The translations under genes were made by a program, and so were the position numbers. Shown here piece by piece: positions 13,101-26,700 of a DNA stretch of 64,000 nucleotides. How positions within the stretch are numbered: the stretch's first letter is position 1; the number at the start of each line of letters is the position of its first letter. Source of the stretch: Catajapyx aquilonaris (Eukaryota); the NCBI GenBank assembly GCA_000934665.2, contig KZ538136.1, positions 1 to 64,000 on the forward strand, read 5' to 3'. Below the pieces are notes generated by a model that worked only from the letters and a program-made list of their open reading frames with translations, made no database searches and was not told where the DNA came from.

Positions 13101-16100
13101 CGCCCCTGCACATGTAACGCGCTTCTTACAAGAGGTCAATGCTCAAGTTCTCATATATTGCACCCAACACAAGTTGACTGGCAATTGCGGATGAAATATG
13201 AGTAATTTGCTACATTCTGGAAGGACCTAATCCTCCCTGTAACATTGGTAGACAGCCCGAATGCGGCCTGCAGGAAGGAGAGAGACAGAAGCGTGAACTT
13301 CGATAACCGCATTGGCAGCAAGAAGGATTGATTTCCTATTATTTTGGCATCCCGGTGCTATCTGCTGGCTGGAACGACAGCCTAGTGACTTGGGAGTAGG
13401 CATAGTGTAGGACGTGGGCCAGAGAAGGATTTGGAGCAAAGCCTTGCGTCAAGAGGAAGAAGAGCCAGGGTCTGTTCAATTCCCATCTTGGAGCTTCGCA
13501 GCAGACTTACCGGGGGAAGAGACTCTGCATTTCATTTACATTTCAATAGCATTCACCCTCGGGTGGAGGAAACACTCGGAATGACAGACTGGATGATTTA
13601 AAAACCTACGGCCTCTACACCCCCACCCTGTCGGGGCATACTTGGAAATAATACGCCTCACTTTCTCCCGACTCTCCGAAAACAACCGTGTAGCCTGTCA
13701 AAACTCATATCCATTTGATCGGATTAACTTTCACCAACTTTGGAGCAGGGCTAATGTCTTGTTTGCCAAAGGGACAGGCTTTTGTACCTTCCCCCCACCA
13801 TCCACCTCCTTCCTCCCCGGCTCTCCGACCTTTCCCTTCCCCCGTCGCGTCGACCATCCCACACAAGTCCTTTCTGCTCCACAACGGATCAAAAGGACGC
13901 GTTGTAACCCTACTAATGGGGGAAATTAGATAGCTGGTGTCATACGAACTTGTTAACCTGGCAGCGCTTCCTGATGACATGCATTTACGGTTCGCCGAAC
14001 CTTATTCATTCCCTCAGCCTACGGGTTCATCACGCGACGGTTTAATTAACACGTCTAGGCCAACAAACATTCCAGGAGGGATAAAAATGGCGCAGATGTG
14101 TGCTGTGGGACATCTTAGTCGAATTTTCAGAGGGGTGTGGACAAAAATGTGCAAAACCGCTGAGGGTTTTTATGGAAGCGTTAAGTGTAAATAGACGAGG
14201 GAGTTTGGGTTTGGTGGGAAGTTTCTACCAAGTTTCAGGGGCGGAAGCTTTCGCCTTCCTGCCAACCTTTCCACACGACTACTAGGAGGGTAGGGTGTGG
14301 AGGGGTGTCCCTGACATCTCTCAAAGTGTCTTTTCTTCCAAAGAGGAAAAGGAGCTTTAAGTGATGCGGGTTAGATGTTTGATGCTGTCGAGGAAAAGGG
14401 GGAGGTAGGACTTGTTTGTGAAGCTTGCTGTCAAAAATGCAACCTACGGGGGATAAACCGCCTCAATGTAACCGATAAAGCAACATGGTACGCTGCTTTT
14501 TACTACATAGGATGGGCATCAAAGTGTGTGCCAGCATATATGGTTTTTGGTAAGGGGGGCTCCACCCATAATAATTCATTACGACACAATAATTGCAGAG
14601 TGAAGCACTGATAGAAACCATCCTGCAAGGTGCAAAAAATTTATGTAAGCCGAGTAGAATTTATTGCTTTGCCGATCTCAGTTCTCACTCGAGGGCGATA
14701 TATTCCAGGCACAAAAGCGGTGAAGGGAAATCGCGTGATGAAGGGGTGGGACCCGACCCATGGTAAGTTGCCAAAAATGAGAGAGTAGGATTACAGAGGT
14801 CGGATAACCCCCCTTGCTCCATTATTATTATTAGAGCGCTCAGGCCTATGGTAATCATTTTGCATGATTGCTTTCGCCGGAAATGTTATTATCTGGAGAC
14901 GTTTCCTTTCCTCTGGAATTCTTTCAATAATGATGAGTGCATGGCCCACCGTGTGATTTGGACCAGAATCGAAACGATCGCTTCCTTTCCTTATTAGATT
15001 TGAACAAACAAAAGCCGTGGGATCTATACAGCGGCTTTCTAGAGAGGGAGAGGGTTAACGAGATTTTTTTTTCCTTTTCACCGCGGGATTAAGCGGCACT
15101 GTGACGTAATTTTTATGGAAATTAACGATTTACATGAATATGATGCTCGAACTGATCTTATTGCGCGTTGGCACAAATCAATTTCGCTCTACAAAGCTGC
15201 AGGTAAAGCTCCATTTTCCATGAAAACGGGCAAAGTTAACAACGCCCCCGAGAGGAAACTCCAACCTGTTTGTCCATGTTTAAAATTCAATCAATCATGG
15301 GGAATGTTATTCGGCCAGCTTAGCCGACATTTTCATGACGTCATTCAGTTTGGGTATAATCTGGCGTTGGCACTGGCGTCCCAATAAAATGTCCGGGACA
15401 TTGGAGCCAATCAGCGTTATCTCACGGCTAGAACCCGCAATTACTGGCAATGCCGTGATATCACCGAATCACTCTAATGGAAACCTGGAATAAATCCTTG
15501 TATCTTTCCCTGTCAGAGATGCATTAGATTGCATTATTAGGTGCTGTTATACAGTGGCCCCCCTTATTTTACTCCCTATCACGCTCGCTTACAGACGCTG
15601 TATAAAACCGTTTATATTTCATTCGCAAAACCTCGGACCCCTTACAGAGGGTTCCGTAAATGTCCCCCCTGCATTTCTGTCAGTCCATACAATATAGCGC
15701 ACATTTTACGGTACGCCCTGTAGTCTCACACCATTCGCACCCCTGTGAATCACGGTGCTTTGCCACGTAAAGGCCTACTGTCCCAGGGGCATTTTTTCTC
15801 ATGCGATTACTACATTAATGAAAGTCTCTAACCGGAATAGAAATGGGGAGGAAATCTACCATTTTATCTTAGACCCATGAACCGAAAAAGTTACGACCAT
15901 ATCCAAACGCAACCGTAGACTTGTAAATCACATGGAGAATGCAATCCTATGTTAAGAACCACCCCATTAAGGTTTCAAACCTACACTTAAGGTAGAATAA
16001 TGGCAAAAGTTAGGAGACGCTAGAAATTAGACGGAAAAGCCATTTTCCTTTCCTCTTCCACTCTTCTTGCTCTCTTTTTTTTCCACCTCCCTCCATACCA

Positions 16101-19100
16101 CCCAACCGTCCACCTTCTCTTGGCACCCATCAGGAGACAGTGTCCCAAAATTTCGCACCTCGAGGGACGGCCACTCCCACTTGGAAAGGACCTCGAGGCA
16201 TGCGGACACTTTGCCGCCGGCACAACATCCACACAAATCAACTTCAACGATCGTTCTGCTCTCTTCACAACCTGCAGGCGAGTGAGGCACGCTGGGAGAA
16301 ATTATGATGTAAGGCACAAGAGATTCTCGCCTCCCACCGCCCCACGCAAAAGAAGAAAAAAACTACACTTTTATCGATAGAGCCTTAAAGCAAAGTCACA
16401 GTGTAGCATCACAAAGTGAGAACAATATTATTTTGACTAATAAACTGGCTTATAAAATAATGCGTTAAGTATTGTAACAATACTGGCCAACTGAGGGGGA
16501 GCCCCCAGTGTAAAAATGAGAATTTTCCTAATGCTCCATTTCTCACCACATAAACCTCTGACAACACGACAGTCGTATAATCCGGGCCTATTAGATACTC
16601 TAATGCAGGGGGAGGGGGGAGGGTATACAAACAGTAAGCCCCTGGCATAAAGTCAAAGGGCTTACTCGCATGCACAACTCCGTCATTTGTGCTTTCCACC
16701 CAGGCCCAGTTGCACCGTTTGTTTATCGCCTCGTAACTCCGTGTAACAGGATTGATACGATACATGGCATTACCCAAAACAATACACATTCCATACACTG
16801 TATTATAGTCGTTTCTTAATTGCGCTGCGATTAACTCCAGTTTATTTGGTTGCACTGCAGTAGGGCAGAGGGGAAAACTGTTGCCGTAAACTTAATCCGT
16901 ATGTTGTATATGATGCTCTGCAACAAAGTAGGCCTAATAATGATTGCTCTTGACAGTGTCTACTGGAGCGGATTGTGTTGCAGAGGCCAAGCATGTGTTT
17001 CACGTTTCTCTTTTTTTCCCATTTCCTAGCTGCCTATGCCACATGAGATTCTGGGTTATCTGATTGGCCTCAGACAAAAGCAGCATCTCAAAACGAAGCT
17101 ACATACAGAGAGGTAGACTTATTTAGAGCAACCCAATATCTCTCTTTGAAAAAGAATACATTTGCCTTTGTATTTGCATTACAAAGGGGACGGAATAATC
17201 AGAGCTCATTTCCAAGAAAGAATTGAAACTGGGGATGAATGCGAATCAATAAAAAATAACACCGAATTTTTTTATTCGGGACGAATTTGGAAAGCTACAG
17301 AGAATCGCAAATCAGCGAAGAGCCTCGGGTTTTTAATGTTCGGATATGGAGTTAAAATACAGCTGAATTTCTTTGCACTATGACGTGTCCGCCACATATG
17401 AGGGTTCATAGGTACTCACTTAGGTAGACGACCGTTTCCATAAAACCTGAACAAAGGCATTTGTAATTCTTGGCTTTTCAAGCAATTTCAGGATGATTTA
17501 TTGCTGTCAGGAGTATATTTGCTGGCATTGTGTAGATGTCCTATATAGCTTCAGGAATCGATATAGCTTTCAGATACGGTTCAGGCGATATCGGAAAATA
17601 TCTTTCACCCTCCGAAACGTAGTAAATGTAAAGTGGAGCTTCAACATGTCTTGAATTATCGGCAGATTTAGTTTGGAGCTCTCCCGAGACTCATCGACTT
17701 TTGATAATGCGAAGGCATTAACGAAGGACCTCCCTCCACTGAAGAAGCCCTTTCGTAAATACTGTATCCCCAATCTACGGATTTGGCCAAATGGCCAAGG
17801 TCATCAACCTGCACTTTGAGGATAATGACCTTTTCGGAGAGAAAGAACGATCAGGGACCAAAATGCAATCCCATCTTGGAGAACGTCAAAGTTAATGTGT
17901 CATTACGACTCGGGGATGTAGTTAGCCCCGTTTTAATTCTCGCCGCCTTTCTTTATTGTTCATCCAAGAGGCTAAAGCGAGGCCCCAAATCTTTGCAGTG
18001 ATAAAAGAATTTGATGGCTGCAAGCCTTGTGTTGCGGACTTTTGTTTCTCATATGTGGGCAAGGGTTTGTGGGCTGTAAAGCAAAAAGGTTTCTGGAAAA
18101 TTTCCTCCGCTTCGCACGCTTTCGCCTAATCCGCACCTCTATCCATATAGCTACACTGTCCAAGATATATTCGAAAATGCGACTCAGTTTTTAGGACGGT
18201 CATAATATTGTGACCATAGCGCAACCCCGGACGGCCCCTCATTTCCTGTATGGGATACCAAAACTACCAAATGTGGTCATTACCTTGAAATATGCGTGTT
18301 TGGAGAAACTACACCATATTGCCCGTTTCTTACAGCTTTAGATACGTCCAGGTCCGTGGATCACTATAAAAGTGACAATTGTCTCCAAAAGCCCCAGGAA
18401 AAAGTATAGCCTCATTCACTAGCAATGGACCCAAATGGCCAGATCAGAGTAAAGGGTTGTCTTTTTAGGTCTGGAAACTTCCACTCTAACGGGTAATACC
18501 TTGTTTTTCCACCAAATGAAAAGGCACAGGTCTATCAATACCTGAGTACCCATAACATGGGATGTAACACCATCTATATTATGGCCTGCTGCAGAGGCCT
18601 GAAGACCAACAAGAGTATAATCCGCTCTAACTTATTGCCTCACCGTGATGCAGCCGAGCATGATTCGAAGGTCCTGAAGGCATAATTTGTGGGCACTAGA
18701 ACTGCGCAAACACACCCAACCTTTATTGCAAAATATGCTTGCCATGTAATGAAACTCTCAAGTCGTTCATGCTCCATGGCCTTGCACACACTATAGGAAG
18801 AATAATAACTGCACCAAATTTTTTCGGAAACGATGCTCATGGTTTGTAACATGATGCTCATATTCACCGGATATAGGCTGCAATTGGGTTGAATATTATG
18901 CAATAATTCTGCAATTCTTCAAAAGAAAGGCACTTATGTTATTATTTTACAAGTTTTCACTCCATTAATGGAAACCCTACTTGAACTCGGCTTATAAATC
19001 CACCTCAAGCAGACCTGAACTTCATTCCTGTAGGCTGCACATTGCAGTAATAGCCTATCGATCAGATTTTCATGCAGCCACCTTGGTTAAATTTTCATCT

Positions 19101-20796
19101 ATCTTCGCCACCACCTGCAACAATAAATTATCCCACTTCATTCCCTTCGCCTTTCAGAGCTCTCGGATACAGAGTCTGGAAGCCTACCAGGGATATCTGC
19201 CTAATAACGCCTTCTCCAGCCCCTTCCTTCTTAATATGAAAGATCGGGATTAGCAAAAAAAGTAGGTTGGATAGGTGTATGGGGGGTGTAGTTGGGGTGG
19301 GTTAGATATAGATGCTAGGTGGATGGAGGAAAAGAAACGAAATTCCCAGGAGAATTCTGACACAGCCCATAGGAATTGAAAGAAATCGAGAACAGAAATT
19401 CACGCTGAGGAAGAGGCCTCCTACTCCTGTAATTGAATAAGAGAAAGAATTTCGGCCTTGACCCCTTTTTTATCGGATGCATTTGAAATCTGCATAAGCA
19501 GGGGAGGAAAAAAAGTCCCGGATTCAGAGATATCAGTTTGATGAACGGGCTGAATCATCAAAGTATCAACTCCGTTCCCTTTTACAAATTCATTAAAAAA
19601 ACTCATTTGAACTAATTCAATACAGCTTATGAGCAAGAGGGACGTCAACAATAAACAAGTCCAGTTTCCAAAAAGGATTCAATAAAACCGCCCGGAGATG
19701 GCAAGCATTTTGGTTCTAAATTAATACCACCTTGAAAATACATACGGTATACCTTTATAAATTTTTTGCATGTCTAACTTGCGCAGTCCTGCAGTCAGTA
19801 TTGAATTAAAATTTGGCGGCCACAACAGAGGGACGCGCTGCCTTTTGAAGGCAGCCAGCGTTAACTTCCCCTTCATGGCAAAGTGGTCAATGGGCGGAGC
19901 CATATCCTATCAATTACCCTCATTTCCACAGCGTACTGTTCAGCGTGACAAAAAACTTCTCATATCTCCACTCTCATTTCCCAGTCGAGCAACGTGTGCT
20001 TCTTCATGACGCACACACGTTGACACTTTTGCTCTTTTTTTTACACGGACGCAGAGAAATACAGTGCAGTGGTACAAATCACCAGAGATGCGGCTGTGTC
20101 ATAGAATGTTTTTCATTTTTTTTTACTCCACACTCGTAATTCTAGTCGCATAGTGTATGATTTGCTCATTCGTGCCGTGCAAAAAGCGTCGGTTTTTGAT
20201 TTATGCATGCCCTGGACAGGCGTATAAGATAGATGCCAATCATGGACTAGGTGTGTAATTTAAAAAAAAATCATTGCAAGTTTGCTTTTCGGTATGTACG
20301 TTTGAAGAGGTGCTTGTATTGCACCCGGTATAAAAGGGTTGGTACTGTGCATTCATTCCCGTTTTCACAACACAATCCACCTGTCACTCTTGCTTTTTGA
20401 AGCAAAGGGGGTCCAACCAGCACAAATTAAAACTTGATTGTTTCTGCACACTGTTTAGGTAAACATCAATATTGAACAACAAAGCATCGAATCTTGTGCC
20501 GGTATAACCACGCGAAAGTGCTTCTGTCAGAAATGATAATCGGATTGTACAAGGGTGGCTAGGCTTCCAAAGTGCACAAGACGCAACAGACAAAGCCTGC
20601 CTCGCCATGCACCAAGTTTTTGTCGACTTTCCCGCGAAAAGCGGCCGAGAATTAAAATATGATTAAGAAATTGAGGCGTGGTCCGTAACAAAGGGCCTAA
20701 GTGCCAAATATCCCATTTTTCAAAGAAATTTTATTGGCGGTCTCCGATATGACACTTGTCACATCATTGCTTTCGAAGCATAGAAAACCGATTTCC

Positions 20797-20797
20797 N
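20797..20797. other. Ambiguous base (n) in the assembly
   Basis: atttccncca. Confidence 0.99.
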
Positions 20798-23700
20798 CCA
20801 ACTAACATTCTGAACAAAATGTTATTGCACACTTTTTAAAGCCGATTTGGTCGCACAATGAGTCGCACTTTGCATTCACCCACTGCTTTTGTGGCACAAA
20901 AATATTATTGCACCTTCCATGATGGGGAAAAACCGTCGAATTTCCGAACAAGAAGCCAGCTGGACGAGCAGGAGTTTTATATCGGCTTCCTTCACAATGG
21001 GTACATTGTCAAGTTCATTCGGTTGACGAGGCAAAGAGCACATTAAGACCAGAATCTACACCGCCTGTTACAATTATTCCACCTCGACCTTTGTGTCGTA
21101 TTCCGACAGAGTTGAGAGGAGAGGAAAAATGTCTCCCCCTTTCCTGCGCAATGCGGTACCTCCTCCTTTTGTCCCCATCAAACGGATTATTTGGAGACAG
21201 CATTAGAGCTACTAACCATGAAAATGGAATTCGCTGCTGAGCTGTGCATCCTGCGCGGCTGATAAGCTGTTAAAACCAGAGATGTTGGGTTGGGAATGGG
21301 ATAGAGGGAGGGGGAAATTGTGGATAAAGGAATCGAGGTGAGACTCAGCCAATCAAATGGTCTACCCTATATAGTCATGTGATAAGGATTATTTTAGATG
21401 GTAGTGTGTACTGTTGTGAGTTGGCCAAATATTATTGTGGACTGTGAGTGCCCACTAGCCGCAACTGGGGTGCCTCCAAATGCCAAAATTGGCCCAAATG
21501 GGAGTAATAGACTGTGGGCCGTATTCTGTTGACCTTTCCGCGAAACCGGGGATAGGTCCTAACCGGCAGGTCAACACAATTACGCTTATCTGAATGACTC
21601 CAGGATGTGCGCTCAATATGAAGAAAACGTGCAATAGAACATTTTAATGGGTGTCTAATAATAAAACCGGCGCTATAATCAAGCAGTGCTCGTGAACAGT
21701 CCCAAAATAGAGGTCAAAAGAGCAAGGACGAAGCAGTGAAGAATAAGGATCCGACTTGTGTCGAGGACTATCTTGAAAGGAAAAAGGCGTGGCCAGGTAC
21801 CGAGTCAAATGGGGCCCAGTGCGATGCCATCTCACGAAAAGTGAGCACAGCATGTCGTGCTCAGCACTAGTTTCGCCTCTTGGCATGCCGCACAACAAAT
21901 TGAAATAAATTTTGGATTCGGTTTTCAGATTAGACAAGAGGCCCAAGAGGAGCTAGAATCTAGTTCTTCAGAAGTCATCAAGATCCGATTTTGGCCAGAC
22001 CCAGCGAATGGGGGACTTCCTGATCCAATTTCAAACTGGAGTTTACGCCCAGCTAAATTCTTTTTTGGTAGTGTGCATCCAGTCCCAGCATATCCTAGCA
22101 ACCGGCAGAAAATTATCGCCACTCAGCAACACAACCGTAAAGCAAACCAGTGTGTGTGTGAACGGGACATTACGCGAGTAATTTATCGCCACGAGGTGAC
22201 ACCGTGTGACAGATCACGATCCTTGCTTTTGCACTGCCTTTTCACAATCAAGCAGATGAAGAGCTTGCGTGCCGTACCTCCCACGGAATCCTTGCCCTCT
22301 GGAAAATATACAGTATATTATCCGTGCGCAGGTCGGGCATACTTTTGCTGCTCCTTTCCTTGAAACCCACGTTTTGGGGTCGCACGCACTCGGAATGCCA
22401 TTCATATTACAGCAGCAGGAATCTGGGTCGCCTGACTTTCTCAACCATAGATAACTTCTGACTCTATGCCGCTCATTTTGGAATGTTGGTCGTGACTAAA
22501 AATAGGAAATTGTATTTCGTGGGCTGGGAGTTGCGGATTGCATACAGCCATTGCGTAACTGGCTTACGAGTGGGACGCTAAATAATTATGCAGTTTTTCA
22601 GTTGTTCGCTTCTAAGGGTAGGTTGTGTGATAGCAAATTAGGGAAAATTTCCGTGTGTGTAGGTATTCACAATACATCATCCGACATAATTTGCATTTGT
22701 ACAACTGGTGCTGGGTCTCATAAAATTTGGGACTAATTTTTTAATTACGCAAGTTCACGATGCAGGTGGCACTGATGTGCCATTATTTCAGTTTGTTAAG
22801 TACAGTGCAACTTCAGTTGAATGTTCAAGCCACTGTAATCCAATGTGGCAGTTCAATATTATGAATTTTTTCCTGGCATGACAGCTTTTCAGAAAATGTA
22901 GGTGCATGTACAGTTACAGTACAAGCAGCAGTTACAACAAAGCGCGTTGCATTTTCTGTGCAATTTTCAATAATATCGTGTTTTTAGAGTGCATACTCTG
23001 GCTCTCATCTCGTTTTGAATCTCTCGGATATCAATAAACTAAAAAAAGCTAACTAAAAATGCTACAGTAGTTCACACTATAGCGTTGAATAGATCTGTAG
23101 AATTTGGCATCGACTCCGAACTCAAATGTTATACAATGTTTAATGAGGATGTCACATTGGTGGGCAAAGCTATACCGCATGTTTGATAAGACTAGTTAGC
23201 TAATTTGAGTCGGTCAGAAGAAGAGAACGTGCGCCATATTATTTTGCACTGCCCCTGGGCAATTTCTTTTCTACCTTTCCTCAGTGGCCAACAGAACATG
23301 TGGGCGTACACGACATTTGTGAGAAATTATAAAACGTATGGTGCTCTTGATGCAACATTGCATTATTTTAATAAAATTAAATATGTATCTATATTAATAT
23401 AGCCTAATATTTGAACTAGCTCACGGTTCAATTCAGCTCAAATAATTATCGGCATTCACTGCGCACCTAATTGTGCGGGTTTTCATCTACTTTTTTAAAT
23501 AAAAATAACAGCCGTATGTAAACACCTGCCATTTACATAAAACATCAGTTGGAGGCCCAGTGCGCATGCGCAATTGCACAAGATGCGGGCGAAAACAGGC
23601 CCATATCCCTCATAATCCATTTAAGTCCATGCGAAGCCCTCTCGGGGATCTAGTGCTACGTAAACGTCACAAGTAGAGCCATATAATAGGACTAGCGGCA

Positions 23701-26700
23701 TCCGACTGATGTTCGGTCGTATATTGAATCGTCATAATCCCTGTTGGGAAGAGTTTGATCTTGGCACATGGGGGGACACTCCATCAGTTGTGTCGCAGGA
23801 AATCAGTTCTCCCGTCTATGCAGCCGAGGCTATAGAGAATGTGTGTAAAAGAGAGCGTCCGACGTGATTTCCTCCACATAAAAGAAAGTCTGGTGGCGCA
23901 CTTCCGGATCAGTTCGGCTCGTCCATTGTGCGCCTCTGGTAATCAACCTTCATTGTCCAAGCCCTCGCCGGACATAATGCGACTATTTGCGGGAAGAATG
24001 AGCTTTTGTCCGGCTTACATGAATATTAATGCCGCGGCCGACCATCGCGGGGCATAGAAAAGACAGGTGGGTGTGAGAATGTGAGATTCACTGCAACTTC
24101 CTACACGGGGGACCAGATTTTCGGGTTATGAGTTTTTAAAATCGGACTTTTTTCAGGGACGATTTATGTGCTTTCTCGGGGGATACTTTTTTATTGCGTG
24201 CTATATTCTTTGTAGTGGCATAGTCGGCTGATTAGATGACTAGGATGATCCCTCAGGTGTATAGCATGATGTTTATGTGGCATGTTGAATTTAACTGAGT
24301 TCATCAGTTGAACTGCAAGATGCACATGGTAGATAAGTAGATTTGTTGACTTGTGTTTCTTGAGAATTTCTAAGAAAAAATTGTATCTTAGCCTAATGTT
24401 GCCCATTTTCATTTTACTGTATACAGTAGTTATGTGATGTGGAGCTTGCTGGTTACACCGCTTGGCAACCACACGTGGTTTAGGGTCACAATACAAAAGT
24501 TAGAATGCATGTTCGTAATAGTGCCGCAATTGTCAATATCAACTGGAGCAATTTGGTTCAGAAATATGACGAAAACCGACCCTGAAACATTGCAGTGGTG
24601 TCCATATAACCGATTGCGAAAAAAACTGCGATATTACCGGTATATTACTGGCAGCCAACCATTCATTTAGTTTTATTTTCTTATTTGCTTTTTACACTTA
24701 TGTGACTTTATTGTTATGTGAGCCCACATACTGTGAGGCGAAATGAATGCCGCCAGTGGTGATGAAATTTGAGAGTAAATGTTTGCATAATTGGCATCAT
24801 CACGGTTTACATATTCTCATTTACGTAAAATGAAAGGCTAACAAATTCAAAGAGAAAATTATGGCCGAGCTATTAGTGGGCTTTTCTACTTATTTTAATG
24901 CAACTACATTGTGGTGCTGGTAGCCCCAAACTACATAATGTGACGCGTGTGAAGGACATTATCAAGTGAGAGATAGTCATCAGGTTCCCCTGATACGCCG
25001 CTAGCCTGATGTCCGCTTTGCTGATTGCATGAATGATGTCAAACAGACAGACGCACACTGAACGACTCGATTGATGTGTAATATGCAGACCCTCCCATAA
25101 AAGGGCAGGTCAGATATCAAAGGTGACAACAAGTGACTGTGACATGGGTGCCACTTGAACCGTGTTCGCTGCCAAAAAGTCCACCATGCCATGTGCAACA
25201 TACTCTGAAATGCGCTCATGTAGCGCTTTGTTAAATATTATTTTGAAGCCAAAATTTCGTACAATGTGAGCACCGTAGCGGAAGATGCCTCAAGTTATAA
25301 ATATGCCGCTGACAATTCATGAGGTATTTTCCAGCTACGCGGATCGTTATTTGACTTAAGTATACCCCTCTTCTCCTCATGTGCATAGGCAAATTCCACA
25401 GCAGCTCATTAAGTCAGAAAAGAAAATTCTGTCCTGCCTCTCCCTCAGTACTCCCTGCCTTTATTCTGGCAAAAAAATTCCAAGTAGACGAGGAACACCG
25501 CACAGATACCTGCAGGCCATAAATTTTTGAGTGCAAGAAACGGGTAATCTGAGCTCATCAAGCAGCCTTTCGCCTTTTACTGTTGGTGGAATATTAAAGG
25601 GATGCAAAAGGCCTTTGCTACGTCGCTCCAGGCGGATTCTCGGATCCCTCACTCGCTTCAGAAAATAATGACGATATACTAGAAGGTCGATGGGTCGTCC
25701 TTCCGGTGCACTACGCTACAATACCTTCCCTTCCAGGTCAGCTTTTCATCTTGGCTATATCAAGTCAAGGAGAGAAAGACTAACAACACAATCAAACAAT
25801 AATGATCATCGTTAGATTTCTCCAAACACTCGTAACAAGACACCTTTTGTAACAAATAGGTCGAGCGACCATTAGTATAAGTCAACAACTTGGGGTCATT
25901 TCAAGAGCAAAAATTCCGATTCGGTGTGTGCCGCATTATCGGCATTCCCAGGTCGGTACTGCACACACAAATCCGGCCATGAATTCGGCACAGATTTGTA
26001 AATATGGGCTACACAAACTTGTTTTCAAAACAAGAGTTGTTGATTTAGACGGTACACGACACAAAACAGTTTAGTAATTGAAACAGGCGTGCTCTCCAAT
26101 GATCCCGTTTAAAACAGATAATTCGGTAGGCTAAACAACGATCAATTTTGAATGGCTGGTGCAAGTCTGGAAAATTATAGTTGCAGTTCCATCATTTAGC
26201 GATTGCTTGAATTCCCATGCCGATGAAAACCTTGGTCAAATTTGTGGCTGCGATATCATCATTTTGGTCCCCTAGGTTCGCAAAATTATTATTATTCGTG
26301 TTATTATTATTTGTTTCTCCCCTGGCCACACTGATCCCCATATAACTTCATGCGGTCCAATTGAATCGAAACCCGCACATTTTTCAGTGCTATGTAATCA
26401 ACAGCATATATGTCACAAAATGTCCAGGCTGCCCATCCAACTTGGTCGCACCAATTTCAGGCGCCAAGAAGCGAGGAAAATTGGCAAAATACAAGGGATA
26501 TTTAGGCTGCAGGTGTGACGGTTTTATTTTCAATCTTCCAGCGTGAAAAAAAGCGAGACTCGAAACATGGATAAAAATCCCAGTGAGTCTCACCTAGGCA
26601 ACTGCCTGGCCATATTTCCCCCGCCTTCCCCCACCTCCCCTTCGCTAACCCTCGTTTTGGCCAAGTCCGCGGATAAGTGCCGGCTGGCTGGGCACATTGC

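Noticed and set aside
13505..13540. Strong minus-strand donor (ccg|GTAAGT) preceded by an in-phase ATG (MKCRVSSP-G)
   Set aside because: Phase fits, but the peptide is 8 residues and not hydrophobic, so it is not a signal peptide. Isolated donors are expected by chance.
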